In this document: in pieces, positions 10,498-25,946 of the stretch
How the letters are laid out: each line of letters opens with the position of its first letter
Position numbering within the stretch: the first letter of the stretch is position 1
From: Neophaeotheca triangularis
Lineage: Eukaryota
Length of the DNA: 42,551 nucleotides
Reading direction: 5' to 3'
Assembly: GCA_054600435.1 (NCBI GenBank)
Contig: BAAIJX010000066.1
Location: 62,001 to 104,551, forward strand
Position numbers and translations under genes: made by a program
Notes under the pieces: generated by a model
What the model saw: the letters and a program-made list of their open reading frames with translations, nothing else
The model's database searches: none
Told to the model about the DNA's origin: nothing

Positions 10498-10868
10498 AAA
10501 GTGTGCTTCCTTCCTCTCGTAGAGCCGGTTTTTCGGGGTCGGGGTCATTTTGAACGGTGGCTTGTTCCGCTGGGAGTCAAGATCGAGTTTTAGCGTATAC
10601 CATGCACGGTTGCTGTGAGATAATTTTTCAACAAGCCTCAGTACTCATGCCAGCGTGCTTTTGCAAGGAGCGAGGTGACGAGGGCGCTTTCCAGGTTGGG
10701 TTTCGTTCATCAGAGCCCGTGACTTGCGCGATTGTAAGCAATTGTGCCGTGACGGTCTGGCAATACCTACCACTCGCGGGTAGTGGGAGTGTCATTTTTG
10801 AGTATTTCGAGGTTTTGATGTTAGGCCAATGACTCAAAACTGCAGCTGGCTTTTTTTTTCCCCCGTAC

Positions 10869-10968
10869 AAGTCTCGAGCAAGTCTCGAGTGACGAATTTC
10901 GAGTAGCTCAAAGACTCTTCGAGAAGCTCTCGAGAAGCTCGCAAGGCACTCGAATGGGGTCGAGCAGC
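10869..10968. repeat. Degenerate ~10-11 bp minisatellite built on (C)TCGAG
   Basis: AAGTCTCGAGC AAGTCTCGAGT ... TTCGAG AAGCTCTCGAG AAGCTCG. Seven TCGA in about 90 bp. Confidence 0.6.
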
Positions 10969-11290
10969 TTTACGAAGAAGAAACCCTAGAGTGAAGAGGG
11001 TTGTCTTGGTTACGCTGGGCTATTGCATTCAGGCAATTTTGGTCGATTGTTGTTCCGCGAACAGAAATGGGAATTGTTGTCTTCACGACGTTATCGACAG
11101 AAAATACCCCGAAAAAGAGAAAAAGAGGATGAGATTGCTGTTCTTTCAAACAAATGCCCGTACAGCAGTACTTTATGCCGACGGAAGGGCTCGAATGGTA
11201 TCTCTGACCCCAAACCCACCGACCCTATCTATGCCCTCGCCCAAACCAAGTATCCCTATACAGCCCTGTCTCTGCCATCCGCTTCCCTCT

Positions 11291-13023
11291 TCAAGCCTGG
11301 TGCACATGCTTGACGGGCGAGACGTAATGATGCCTGCCACGTAACATGTAGTCGGCGGCGGCGATGGCGAAAACACCGCCGAACATGACGACGGACCAGT
11401 TCATGTCTTCGGCCGAGGTGGGGATGGTCAGCGGGAAGAAGGAGGCAATGGCGACGGTGACGACGTAGAGGATGGCGATGACGTTGACGGGGATGGCGAA
11501 GCGGCCCAGACTGAAGCGCGACGGCGGCAGGGGCTCGCCTAGAAGGCGTTTGCGCAGGATGCAGGCGATGGAAAGGGCGTAGGAGAAGCTGGTCGCGCCT
11601 GTCAGGAGGGCGATGATGCTGTTGAAGGCTGTGGCGGAGCCGACGTTGATGAGGGCCAGGATTATGGTGATGAAGAGGGAGAGGAGGATCGAGTTGATGG
11701 GGATCGGGGTCCCGATGGTGGAGACGCGGCGGAAGAAGGGGCTGAAGGGTAGGCCGTGGTCGCGGGAGAGAGCCCAGGCTTGGCGTGAGGCGGCTGCGAG
11801 GGAGTTGAGGCAGGTGCAGGCGGAGAGGATGATTGGGATTACGGCCATGGCTGTGGCGCCGCCCACGCTGCCGGTGCCAGCGACAAAGACCTGTGGATGG
11901 GTGTTAGCGGTGTTGCAGGGGTGGCTGGGTGTCTGAGCGCTGGCTTACATCCACGAATGGGTGAGAGGACTCGGAACTTAGAAACGCCCCCAGGTCGGTA
12001 ATGCAGTAGACAAAAGTGATTATGAAGACGAGACCCATGGCGCCGTTGAAAAGCACAGTGCCCATGATCATGCGAGGCACCGCTCTGCTTGCGTCCTTGC
12101 ATTCTTCCGCCAAATGAACAGCAGCGTCAGAGCCTGCAAACGAGGCCGTGGCAGATACTGTACCGACGAAGCATGCCGTGCCAATGGAGTTCCAGCCACC
12201 ATTGTTGGAGAATTCGGTGAAGACCTGGGTTGCAGAAGCCTTGGGAGCCAAAACCCAGAGAGGGATGATGATGGCAAACCAACCGAAGACGTGGAAAACC
12301 AGCACAAGGCCTTCGAGAAGTGGCAGTTTCTTAGCTCCATAGGTGTTGAAGAATGTTGCGAAGAGCGCCACTGCAATCATGAGGAGTGTTTCTTGCCAGG
12401 GCTGCGGCGTGTAGGATGGGTTGTTGAGGGCGATAAGCTGGAGAGTCAAGGTCGCCGTGGTATAGGCTGTGGTGGCAATGATTGCTTGCCAGCCGAGCGC
12501 AGCCAACCAGCCAACCGTATAGCTCAAAAACTTCTGCTGATTCCGAGGCGCAAACTCAGATACCCAGTCTTTGCGATTCGTCAGTGTTCTGTTTTCCACT
12601 TGATGAGTGACAAGGCTGCATCTTACGGTATTGCCCACCGCTCGTTGGTGCCATGGATGACAACTCAGCCAGCGAGGCAGCGAGGAAGCCTGTCATGATC
12701 CAAGAAGCAAGATAGACCCAGATGGTACCAGCCGTACCACCATTGATTAGGGAGAAGATGCTAGTCATCATCATGGCAACCCAAGTCGACATGGTCGTCA
12801 TGGCGAGGCCCAGCACCGAAAGGGCGTTGAAGTTCCGCCGTAGCTCTTGCGTTCGGCCCATGCGCAACATGTCCACGGCATCGAAATCGTTGCCGGTCGT
12901 AACGCCATCGGCATCGCGGTGGACGGTTTCGTCGATGTCGTTGGGGCTGACGTCAAAAGCCTTGCTCGAGGGGCCAACGTTTTGAAGTTCGTAATCGTCT
13001 TTGCCAGTCGCCATTGCTGCCAT
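11291..13023 (-). CDS. Amino acid/choline/GABA permease (APC superfamily, ACT family; 3 exons)
   Basis: Introns 12569-12626 and 11891-11948 join three ORFs. Motifs LAELSSMAPTSGGQY|HWVSEFAP, DAAVHLAEE and ASRQAWALSRDHGLPFS; many hydrophobic helices. The start could be 13023 or 13014. Confidence 0.92.
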
Positions 13024-14787
13024 GATGATGAAGAAGATGCTGCGGTGCTACTCGAAGCGCACACGCTCAAAAGGTGGCGAGGAGGAAGGGTGGAAGGATT
13101 GATGCACAGGGTCTGGAGGAGGGAGCAAAAGACTGTCGGGACAACAGCAGACCGTTACACAGTCAAGTAAAGAAACTGACACCTCGGCAGGTGCTTTGAT
13201 GATTGGCGATCGATGTGAAGTCGCTTATGGATGGACCCTTGCTGACTCGTGGGCGTGAGGAAGCTATGGGGTGGTTCGCTCCTGCGGAAGCAATGCACAG
13301 AAGCCGGAGAATGCAGGAGATGGCGGGATAGAAGGGGGTGGTGCGTTTGTTGGGACGAGGAGCCTACGTTAGCCGATCGATGGATGAAATGACCCAGTCG
13401 TCGACGCGCTTTGATTGCTTGCTTGCTTGCTCTCAACGACGGTCGAGGGGCCGACTGGAGTCTGGACTATAGTAGTATGTAGTTGTAGTTGATATTGCCG
13501 GATGGATAGGCAGCGTTAGCCAAGATGATTGTTAAGGCATGGATCATGGCAGCAATAGCATCAGGTGGTTTAGATACAGTAGTATGAGGGGGCTTTTGGT
13601 GAAGCGAGTCGGGAGGTGAATATTGCTACGTTATTGCATAGGCGGCTGTTGTTTAGCGAGGGGACAAGGCCGATATGCCGGCAAAATCATTACACCTGGC
13701 GCATTTAGCTAGTTTGGTGTGACATGGCATGTCGAAACGAGTCTTGTTCTCGGCCTGTTGCATGGTTGCATTGGACCATGTACTTTTAGCCCTGTCGATC
13801 GCAGAAGTCTGTATACTGTAGGGAGGTGTTGTCCAGTTTGACGCCAACGGCGCGCTCGGCCCCGGTTGGCGTCCGCCCCCGCGACCGGCTTCCCCCTCGA
13901 ATCTGGTGGCCTCTCCGAACAGACTACACTACATAGTACCACTAGTACCTACATAGTAGGTGAACTACTCTCCTCAAAGCCTCGGATCTGCCACATCAAT
14001 CTACAGCAGCGGCACCTAGTGGCCGTAGTAATAGTGCCCAGTCTTCACATGTCTCAGGTCTAGCTAGTAGGTACTAATAAATCGACCCTCACAAGGCTCC
14101 GATCTGCCCACCGTGTATGGCACGGGCACGGGCAACGACCTGATTCTACCATTCTCACAATGAAAATGTTTGCTTGTTGATCCTCCACTCGACATCTCAA
14201 CATCCTGGGCCAATCACCCTGCCGTGCGACCGGCTGGCGAACCTGATCCTCTCCTCACAGCCAAGCTCCAGCAGCGCTGGCGAGAGCACTGTAGCGCCGA
14301 ACATGGGTGTGTCCAGGTGCCATCTTAATTATCCGCAGTACGCAACGCTCCCGACTACGCTTCTAGTTTCAACCCCCGTTTCTGCTCCCGAGGCAAAATA
14401 CCTAGGACTTGTCGCTTCCTTGTCATCACTCTCCTTTGTCGATGCCAATGCCGGTAAAAGCTGGTAGATTGGAAAAAGGATCTGGCGTATAGTAGATGAA
14501 CGGTGCCGTTCCTGAAGGATTGGCGTACATGGGTGGTCTTACCAATGACACTCTAGCTGCTAGCACAACACCATGCTCCCACCCGTGGCTTGCACCGCAG
14601 ATGCAAGGCTCAGGCGGTGGAAAATGCACTGGAAGAGTGGTACGGCTGCTCGTGTGATGCAGGGGCGTACCGCCATGGTATCCTCGCGCTCCCCTCATCG
14701 CTGTCATGCACTTGGGTAATGGGTAGTGTGCTGTGCCGTTTTTTCGAGTCCACCACCGTACCTTGCTGCGTTGTCGAGTGGTGAGCA

Positions 14788-16059
14788 ATGGCAGACGCTA
14801 CTTCTTCGACACCTCCGGTCCCAATGTTGGAGCAGAGCCATGCCGTGACCTCGACCGACCACGGCAAAATCGTTACTGTTGCTCTACTCCTATGCCTTGT
14901 CTTGAGCATTGCCACCATCGCGGTTCGCATTTCCATCAGATGGCCATGGAGGACGCTTTCTGGCAAAGACGACTATCTCGCAGTCGTTGCGACGATCGTG
15001 ACGGTGCTGCAATCAGCTTTGGTCCTCAACGCCATCGACAACGGGTTTGGTCAAAAGCAGAGTACTCTCGAAGATGATCAAATCAGGGGTATCAAGAAGG
15101 TGAGCAGACGTCTTCGGAGAAACATCCATCTTTCAGCAACGAGAATTGACAAGCCTTAAAGCAAATGTACGCCACAGACATCTTGTACATTACTTCTCTC
15201 TTCCTCGGGCGGCTCTCGTTGTGCTTCCTCTTCCAGCGCTTCGCCTCCGCACCGGCGCGGATAAAAGCGTGCTGGACATTTACTACGACGATCTGCCTTT
15301 ACGGCATCGTAGGTATCTTGATTGTAGCGATCCGCCAAAACACCCTGGAACCCTGGCAGTACACTCGCGAAACGATCAGCTCCACGAACTCGAGATGGAT
15401 GGCTCTGGGCATCTTCGGCGCAATCATCGATCTCGCAGCTTCTCTTTTCCCGATGTACCTCATCCACGACGTCCAAATGTCGCGGTCGTCGAAGCGAGTC
15501 ATCATTGTCGCGTTCGCGCTCAGATTGCCTACCATCGTGCTGACGGGATTGAGGCTCGACGCCCTGTCAAAGATGGACGGGACGGACTTTTGCTTCAACT
15601 ACGTGATGCCCGAAGTCTTCACGCAAGTCGAGATGCATTTCAACCTGGTCGCCGCGACAATCCCATGTCTGCGCATCTTCCTAAAAGTCTGGAACTCACA
15701 CTTTATCGACTTGCGCTTGGAAGAGGTGGACCACAAAGCCTACCACGAACGTGAGTCTATGCAAGATCGGAGGAGTTGGCTGGGCTGATCAGAAACTTCG
15801 GCCTTGAAGATTTGCTGACGTTGTATCTATCCTGGCAGACGCGACTTCTCACAATGCTTCATACGACATGTCAGGTTTCAAGAACAGCAAGGGGAGCATG
15901 GGCGGCAGCAAGTCTGTCCACGCACCGTGGTCGACTGTGAAAGCTCAAGGGGAGTCAGAAGCACGTGTCAGAGGAGGTCGTCGTGATACCGATACGGCGA
16001 GCGAGAACTCGCAACAGGCCATCGTTGTTCGCCAAACTGTAGATATTGACATCCGGTGA
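14788..16059 (+). CDS. Pth11-like fungal rhodopsin-domain integral membrane protein (3 exons)
   Basis: Exons 14788-15099, 15162-15750 and 15839-16059 splice in frame. Hallmarks: DDYL after TM1, GFG loop, and TQVEMHFNLVAATIPCLRIFL. Confidence 0.85.
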
Positions 16060-17259
16060 AGCGGTTTCGAGGTAAGGACTGCAGGCAGGCAGTAATGTTA
16101 CGGTCGGATAAAAGCCGTATGGCTATGAGGTGGACGAGAGCGAGGTTGAAGTAAGATGCGAGTCGAAGCTGTCCAGCGTTCCTGATATGCGGCACAGCAA
16201 GGAGGGTCGCGCTGCGATTTGATTGAGGCATCCATCGCTTAAGGATCTAGGGAGGGAGGGCTGTGACACGCGGAACGTTAGCCTTTGAGACGTCTCACTT
16301 ACTTGCCGGGACTGGGCGGTACCTTTGTCGCTTTGGGACTTTCGGCATGTGTGCTGTCCGGCTAGATCATAAAGAGATCCGCACTTGGCCTTAGATTAGC
16401 AAAGCCGATCGATTTGTCTTGTATACCGTGCCTTGGTTGCCCATTCGCTGTGACCAAAAACTTCCCATGGTGTTTGCACCTCATATGTTAGTTGGCCCAG
16501 ATGATATGGCTGGCTTCGGCTCATCGGACGCTTCTCTGGCTTCCAGAGGCATTGCTGGTCGCCTATTATATGCTGGAAGTTGCCAATAGGAGCGTGTGGG
16601 TTCTGGTACCGCCGTGGAGGTGACAACATAGCGAATAAAAGTGATCTTCGTACTCCCCTTGACTTCAATTGAAGGGACTGCGCGTGAAAGACCTTCACGA
16701 GAGGAAAAAGCCCACAGACTGTCACAAGCCCCTCTGCCAGTCTACAAAACCAGCTTCCTCTTGCTGGACTGACCTTCTACCTAACAACAACCTCCACAAC
16801 CACCACTTTTCTCTTTCTCATCCAACATCACCAACTCATACAACACTTCCAACAGGTCTCCCATAATCACTCATACACACCATATCCAGACTGGTAGTCA
16901 CGACTCACCTACTCCAACTCTCACCCCAGACTTCAGACTTCTACTACAATCTGATATCGGACATCGGCAAGAGTGAGTACCGACCGCGGCCCATTTCTTC
17001 TAGAACCCCACCAGCCCACTTCTTGACTCTCTCTCTCCGTCACAAACACCACCATCACCTTCACCATGTTAGTTGGATCACGACCATATGCTTGCGACTT
17101 CACTTTGACGCCCTCGAGCGTTTTCAGTATATCTTCACCTTCAGATTTGCTAAATCTCCTTCCGCCTTAGAATACGATACATCTTCGACTGGCACCGGCG
17201 CAATCTAACACATAATCGACTTCATTCCCACAACACCAAAAACAACGACATCAACCGAC

Positions 17260-17952
17260 ATGTCTACCTCCGATATGAACGGCGTCAAGGACTTGTTCGA
17301 CTCCATCCCCGAAGCCGTGGAGGCCTTCAAGAATGGCGAATTCGTGGTGGTCCTCGACAGCATGGATCGCGAGAATGAGGGCGACTTAATCATCGCCGCT
17401 CAGCACCTCACCCCAGCCAAGTGCGCCTTCATGGTGCGCCACTCCTCTGGTTACGTCTGCGCTCCCATCACCGCCACTCTTGCCGCGAAGCTTGAGCTGC
17501 CCCAGATGGTGCAGAACAACACCGACCCCAACCGTACCGCGTACACCATCACTATCGACGCCGCCGACGGAGTCACCACCGGAATCTCTGCCACCGACCG
17601 CGCCTTGACGTGCCGCAAGCTCGCCGACCCATCTTCCACCATCGACACCTTCCGACGCCCTGGACACGTTGTCCCGCTCCAGGCGCGCAACGGTGGAGTG
17701 AGGGTCCGCCCGGGCCATACGGAGGCTGCCGTGGACTTCTGTTACTTGGCCGGGCTCGAGCAGGTTGGAGTGATCGCCGAGTTGGTGGATGCGACGTCAG
17801 GGGATGAGACGGTGGAGGATATGGAGACTGCTGTGGGCATGATGCGCCGTGATGGCTGCCTGTCCTTCGCCCTCAAGCATGGGTTGAAGGCGGTCACCAT
17901 CGAAGACCTTGTCAGGCACATGGAGAAGGTGGAGGGCCAGGCCAAGGGTTGA
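17260..17952 (+). CDS. RIB3: 3,4-dihydroxy-2-butanone 4-phosphate synthase (riboflavin synthesis)
   Basis: Motifs VVVLDSMDRENEGDLI, TTGISATDRA, FRRPGHVVPL and GHTEAAVD. Confidence 0.96.
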   Translation: MSTSDMNGVKDLFDSIPEAVEAFKNGEFVVVLDSMDRENEGDLIIAAQHLTPAKCAFMVRHSSGYVCAPITATLAAKLELPQMVQNNTDPNRTAYTITIDAADGVTTGISATDRALTCRKLADPSSTIDTFRRPGHVVPLQARNGGVRVRPGHTEAAVDFCYLAGLEQVGVIAELVDATSGDETVEDMETAVGMMRRDGCLSFALKHGLKAVTIEDLVRHMEKVEGQAKG

Positions 17953-19080
17953 GCTCTTTGAGCTAAATCCCTAACCAAAACATACCCTCGGGAGGGTTGA
18001 CCACCAGATGTGTACAATCGGCGGGTTCTCCTCCTGCAGCGAGCCACAACAACCCACAAGTTATACCCCTGCTGTGCCAGTTGCTTTTCCAACGAAAGGT
18101 CATGCCAGGACGAACGGCCTAGCTTTGTGTCCTCCGGGATGCAAACCATTAGCCCGCCTGGTATTCAGCTGGCCAGCCAACATGCAAGCGTTTATAGACC
18201 ATGAATGCTACAAGTCTGCCACATCATTGGCCGATCCTCAAGCTTTGATGCAAGAACAAGAGCGGTAGAACACTTCTAAGCGTACATCATAAGCCGCATT
18301 ATTGCTTCGAGGTGTTAGGTTGATTTTTACCATCCTTTGACAGAAGTCAAGCTTCGAGAGTTGAGTTCGCCAAATGCCTTAGCCACACCAGACAACGTAA
18401 GCGGTCGCGACGATAGTGGTGATGAAGGTGAGTGTGAACGCATCCGATAAGGTAAGGTAGGTAGTAGGCGGTCTTTGCATCCGTCAATTGGCACTTGCGC
18501 AGGGATGTGAAGCATGGCAAGCTCAAACGGGTTCGATACGAAAAAGCTGGCCTTGGCGGCAAGATGAATACGACAATGTGCCTCACAGACTCTAGACAGA
18601 TCAACCCTACGGTTCACATCAAATGTCATAGAAGGCCAAGAAACTCTCTTGAAGCCTCAGCCACGCAATCCGAACAGTAAGAACACGCTGCAACGCACTT
18701 TATTAAGTCAAGGCCGAGTAAGTAACCAAGTTGCGTGCGTGCAGTGTCTCTAGCGCACGCGGCTGCTCTGCTTCGCAGCCTCGCAAAAGTTCGCGAGATC
18801 CCGAGCTTCGTCTCGCATACCAACAACTCAACCGCGAGAGAGGGCTGAAGAGAGAACGAAAGATGTTTTATAAAAGAGGTAGGGCGCCCAACATGGCAAC
18901 ACATTTAGAGCATCACAAGTCCTCTCCTCGCCAACCCTCTCTCCCACTACAAACCCACAGACTAAGGCCACCGCATTGGAACCATTGCAACCGAGGACGA
19001 TACCATCCGAACATAAACTCCCGGAACAAACAACCTCACTTCCAACCTCAGCATCCAACCCGACCCAACCAACCAACAAG

Positions 19081-19716
19081 ATGGGTTTCCGCGCCGACGT
19101 CTTCTTCGCCAGCCGCTGGTTCGTCATGGTCCACATCCTCGAAATCATCCTCATCCTGCTCATCGCGGGCCTCGTCTTCGGCCGCCTCACCATCTCCAAC
19201 CCCCCCGTAACCCGCTCCGACCTCCTAGGCCTGATCATGGTACGCTCGCCCTTATCTCCCCACCCCCCAAAAAAGCAGAAAGCCCGTAATAGCTAACAAA
19301 CTCCCCAGGGTATCAAATCCCTCTTCTTCATCGCCTACCAACTCCTGACCCAGCACACGCGGAAACTCGCGCGCTTTGCGAGCTTGCGCGTCAACAAGAT
19401 CATGAACCTCATGGAGCCGGTTTTCTGGTTCGTGGTCATTATCCTCGCTGCCATGGCTGTGGACAAGAGGTGTATCGGCACCGCTTGCACGCTTTCGGCG
19501 CTGGTCATGGTCGCCGCTATTCCCATGGTGTAAGTCTTGATCTTACTTGGTTCTTGCGATCGGAGAATCGGTCTCGCTGACGCTGGTTGGTGTTGTAGGC
19601 TTCTTGCTATTTGGACCGCGGTTTGCTCATGGCGTATGCGGAGGGAGGAGAAGATGGGGCTGAGAGCGACTACTGGGCCGGCTTTTGCCCGGTCGACTCA
19701 GACGGCTGTGAAGTAG
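19081..19716 (+). CDS. Small ~4-TM membrane protein of unknown function (3 exons)
   Basis: Exons 19081-19239, 19309-19529 and 19599-19716 with GTACGC..CTAAC..CAG and GTAAGT..CTGAC..TAG introns splice in frame: MGFRADVFF...GLIM|GIKSLFFIAYQLLTQH...IPMV|LLAIWTAV...TAVK*. TATAAAA near 18870. Confidence 0.8.
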
Positions 19717-20267
19717 AGGACCGTGTTGGCGACAGTTGTTTGTCGCTCGTGAGACGAAGATTCTAGCCTCGCCCGCGGCGGCATCACGAAAGCGATTGAT
19801 GGACCCTCCACAGACCCTCTTCTACTCTTCGATGGAATATCTACCTTGCGTTCGGTTCGACTAGGGCCCTCCTTCTTACCCGATGGGCCGGGGTTGTACC
19901 GCCGACCACGGCTCGATTGAAGCAAGTAGCCAGGCTGTTAGCGCTGCTGAAGCAGGCGTCGACTCTGGCAATTCCTCAGTGCCGCCCTACAGGCCTCACC
20001 ACCGCGCATTCTCTCGTTCTAGGCGCAAACATAGGCTCGTGCGGTGCGACGTCAATCTACGGGATGAAGTGGCCTGCTGCGGAGATATGGGGCCTCAGAC
20101 TTGTACATGAGGCTGAGTTAAGGAGCTCTCGAACCTCGAAGGGACGGTTAAAGGTAGCGATAGGGATTTTGAAATTCGATGCACTGTCTATTTACTCATT
20201 CTAGTAGATTACACATGAATCGCCATGAAAATGCAAGTCCATCTTAAATGGTCGTAGAGATCGTCAC

Positions 20268-22188
<1,921 letters not shown>

Positions 22189-22746
22189 CTACCTAGCACC
22201 CTCGTGTAGACATATGACGAGCCCGATCGCTACACCTGCCTGCTCTCCCAAGGCGTAGGAGCTACATGGCAAACGCTGGCCAATGCCATTATTTGTGCTT
22301 CGCGAGGAGTGCTCCGAGTAGTAATGGACGTGGTCGGCTCAAGTGTGGAGATGCTTGCGGGACTATGGGAGCTTCGGCACAAAGCAAGCCGGGGTTGGAT
22401 GTATCGATGATAAGGAAGCTTTGCCGATTTGCATAATTGTATCATAATCCTCCCTCTCTTCAATGCCTCGATACGAGACGTTGCAGGCTATCTGATGGCA
22501 GGAATCGCGAATGCCTTTAGAAAATCGCTCGTAAATGGACATTGTCACATCGTACTTCAGGTGCAAATACACAGAGCCACCCGACCCTCACCCGACGCTA
22601 AGCAACTTTGGCATCACCACGTCAGGCTGGCAGAACAGGAGACGATATGTTTTGGATCTTCCATTTCTACACTGCGCCTAATCTACGCCCATGCAAAGTA
22701 TTTACAAGTATCACAAAGTGAACAATACACCCAATCCTGCTACTCT

Positions 22747-24336
22747 CTACTGACCGGGCGAGATGAGCATACCCTTCTTGCCGGCATTGTACTCCCAACC
22801 ACCAGCCAGCGCCTCACCACCACTCTTCCTCGTGTTCTCCGCTATCCTCGCCTCAAGCTCAGGCCTGAAGTGCCTAATCAATCCCTGAATAGGCCAGGCA
22901 AAAGCCTCACCCAAAGCACAGATGGTGTGGCCCTCGACCTGCTTGGTAAGTTCCTGCATCATGTCAATCTCCCTCATGCGTGCCTGGCCGTGCTCGAACC
23001 TGTGCATAATTTGCTCGGTCCACTTGCTGCCCTCTCGGCACGGGGTGCACTGCCCGCAGGACTCGTGGTGGTAGAACTTGCTCAGCCTGGAAATGGCGCG
23101 GACGACGTCGGTGCTCTTGTCCATGACAATGACAGCGGCGGTACCGAGACCAGACTGCGAGTCCTTGAGCGCGTCAAAGTCCATCAGTTGCTCGTTGCAA
23201 GTGCTTGCGGGGAGGATGGGAGTGGAAGAGCCGCCAGGGATGACAGCCTTGAGGTTGTCCCAGCCGCCAGTGACGCCACCACAGTGGCGTTCGATGAGCT
23301 CCTTCAAAGGAATGGACATCTCTTCCTCAACGGTGCAAGGGTTGTTGACATGACCAGAGATACAGAAGAGCTTGGTACCTGCGTTTCGCTCGCGACCCAA
23401 GCTGTTGAACCAGTTGGCACCCCTCCTTGCAATCGTGGGGGCAACGGCGATGGTCTCGACGTTGGCGACAGTGCTGGGGCAGCCAAAGACACCAACAGCA
23501 GCAGGGAACGGAGGCTTTAGGCGAGGCTTGCCAGGCTTGCCCTCGAGCGATTCGATGAGGGAAGTCTCCTCACCACAGACGTAGGCGCCCATACCACGGT
23601 GAATGTAGACGTCGAAGTCGTAGCCTGAGCCGCAGGCGTTCTTACCAATGAGACCCTCCTTGTACGCTTCCTGAATGGCACGCTGGAGTACGGTGGCTTC
23701 GTGGTAGAACTCGCCACGAATGTAAATGTATGCAGCTGTGCACTGTGCGGCAAAAAGTTAGCTTCTCTTCCGCATCGTGAGCGCGTCAGTGGTGATGAAA
23801 CATACGTTCATTGCCCTACCAGCAACGAGGCATCCCTCAATCAAAGTGTGCGGATCCTTCCTCATGATTTCACGGTCCTTGCAAGTACCAGGCTCGCCCT
23901 CATCTGCGTTGACGACCAAATACCTCGGCTTGGAGTCCTTGTCCCAGTCCTTGAAGTTCATGAAACTCCACTTCATACCACTGGGGAAACCAGCGCCGCC
24001 ACGGCCGCGCAGGCCTGACGCCTTGATCTCAGAGATCAACCATTCGTGTCCCTTTTGCACAATCTCCTTGGTCTTGTACCAGTGACCATACTTCTTCGCG
24101 GACTGGAGGTCGGCGCCGTGGTGGCCGTAAAGGTTGGTGAAGATGCGGTCCTGGTCGGCGAGCTTCCTCGAGTGGTTGACGGGAGGCGCGTCCTGGACAG
24201 TGGCCATCCCACGCTTCTGTTCGCCATTGCTAGGGTTTGCGGCCGCCGCTGTGGTAGAGAGGGCGCGCACTGACGACTTCGGGAGGGAGGTGGTTGCTGC
24301 GGAGCGCAGGGCGCTCTTGGCCGGGGTCGACAACAT
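22747..24336 (-). CDS. nuo-51: NADH:ubiquinone oxidoreductase 51 kDa subunit (NDUFV1), mitochondrial (2 exons)
   Basis: Presequence-like [15 protein letters not shown]. Motifs [51 protein letters not shown] and TICALG. Intron 23743-23805. Confidence 0.97.
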
Positions 24337-25946
24337 TATGAGCCTGCTCAACGCTGCCAAAGTGACTGCTCGATGGCTGGCTTCGTCGCCGGTATGCAGG
24401 TAGCAGTGTATAGAGTGGAGAGGAGTGTGCTTTGGGAGGTGGTGGCGGCGAGAAGGTAATGACGGCTTCGAAGTCGATACCATTAGCCAGACGCTGATTG
24501 GTCTCGGCAATCTGGACGTCCGACAAACAGAGATCTCTTGGCATCCGCTCCTCTCGACAGACCTCACCTCGTTCAAATTAGAGACGATGCACCCATTCGC
24601 GAACACAGTCTCGCGACTTGATCATGTCATCGCTAGGTGCTTGTTATACCCATAGGTACTCGTGTCAAGATATTGACAGAGCAGCTATCGATCGCCTGGC
24701 CTCTTCTATGATATTATTTTCACACATTCAAACAATGCTTAGTGGTCGAATGTCGTATTTCTCGTAGTAGACTACGGTGAGTGAGTGTAGATTCAATGCA
24801 ATTGATGGAGATATAAGAGGAGGTAGCGGCGCTTGTAGCTCTCCACAAACATCTGTGATAGATGCACCAAGCTAAGCATGTCATCGTTTCTATCGTTCTT
24901 GGTGTATGCTCAATGGCTCTTCGACAAGTGTAACACGGTCGCCTAGTTAGTAAGATGCCCGAGATACCTTGTTTCTTCAATCAGAGCGCTGATGACCTCC
25001 CGATGTCTACCAACTGACCTTGGCGCCTTTTCTCTTCACCAGCTACTACTACAGGGCACTCCCAGTCACCACGCCGATAAAACTTTTGGTATCGCCTTGA
25101 AACCATTTGCCAGATCCCCCATGTCGTCGGATCTGGCTTGAGAATTTGGTGAGTGAGCGTTCTCTTGAGCCTCTACGGGTTGCTTTAAAGCCCCTGCTTA
25201 TCGTTTATGTTGTCTTTGAAGGCGAGAGCTTGCTCGCCATTCCTTCTTCACCCCTACCACTATCCGGGATCATTGGCCCCCAAACCTGTCCGAATCCCTT
25301 GAAGCTGGAACTGAACGATCACCTTGAACGACCTATTCGGCCCCTAACCTGCGCTTACCATTGTCAGTGCTAGCTGGGGAATGGCTTGGGAATCAAACCT
25401 GAGCCTGAGCCACTTGACCATTCATAGTTCTGCCATACATAGGTCCTTCGGTGCCCAGAACTATACAACACGCTCTCCCGAGCCGCTCCGGCCCACGGCT
25501 GGTCTCAAGAAAGTGTTGGAAGCTGCAATACCAAAGCCAATACTCTCCAAGAGTAAGTGAACTGTTCAGGTAGTACGCGTTGGAGAACAAGGCCAGGAGC
25601 GGGTGGGGGTATGTAAGAAGAGGGTGCACGTGAGGTCAAGCCTGAGGCAGCACTCCAGGCGGTCCCTGCGCCAGTCAGCCTGCGGTCAAATCCCTACCCT
25701 GCAACTTCCAGCAACTTCCTACGTCACCCACCTGCACCGGACTTCGATATTGCGCGACACCACTAGAGTACACCAGGCATTTGTACTTTGCTGCACTAAG
25801 AGACATTTTCGCCTAGCAATATTGCACGTTGTTTTGCAAGCCCCAATACCCTCTATTTAAGATTCGGCCTTACTGCGCCTCTAAGTCGGTACGTCAAGCA
25901 TATCCCTTCAGCGGACGCCTCCTGGGCGGAGAATGCAGCAAAGAAC

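Noticed and set aside
17950..17961. Cryptic PTS1 by stop-codon readthrough (checked for RIB3, the RraA-like gene, BVMO and glycerol kinase)
   Set aside because: None has a TGA-CTA context or an in-frame extension ending in an SKL-like tripeptide.
22429..23520. 363-aa plus-strand ORF
   Set aside because: Antisense shadow of nuo-51 produced by codon bias; no recognisable motifs.
24337..24606. 90-aa in-frame upstream extension of nuo-51 in the ORF track
   Set aside because: Starts at a non-ATG codon. The ATG at 24336 begins a typical mitochondrial presequence.
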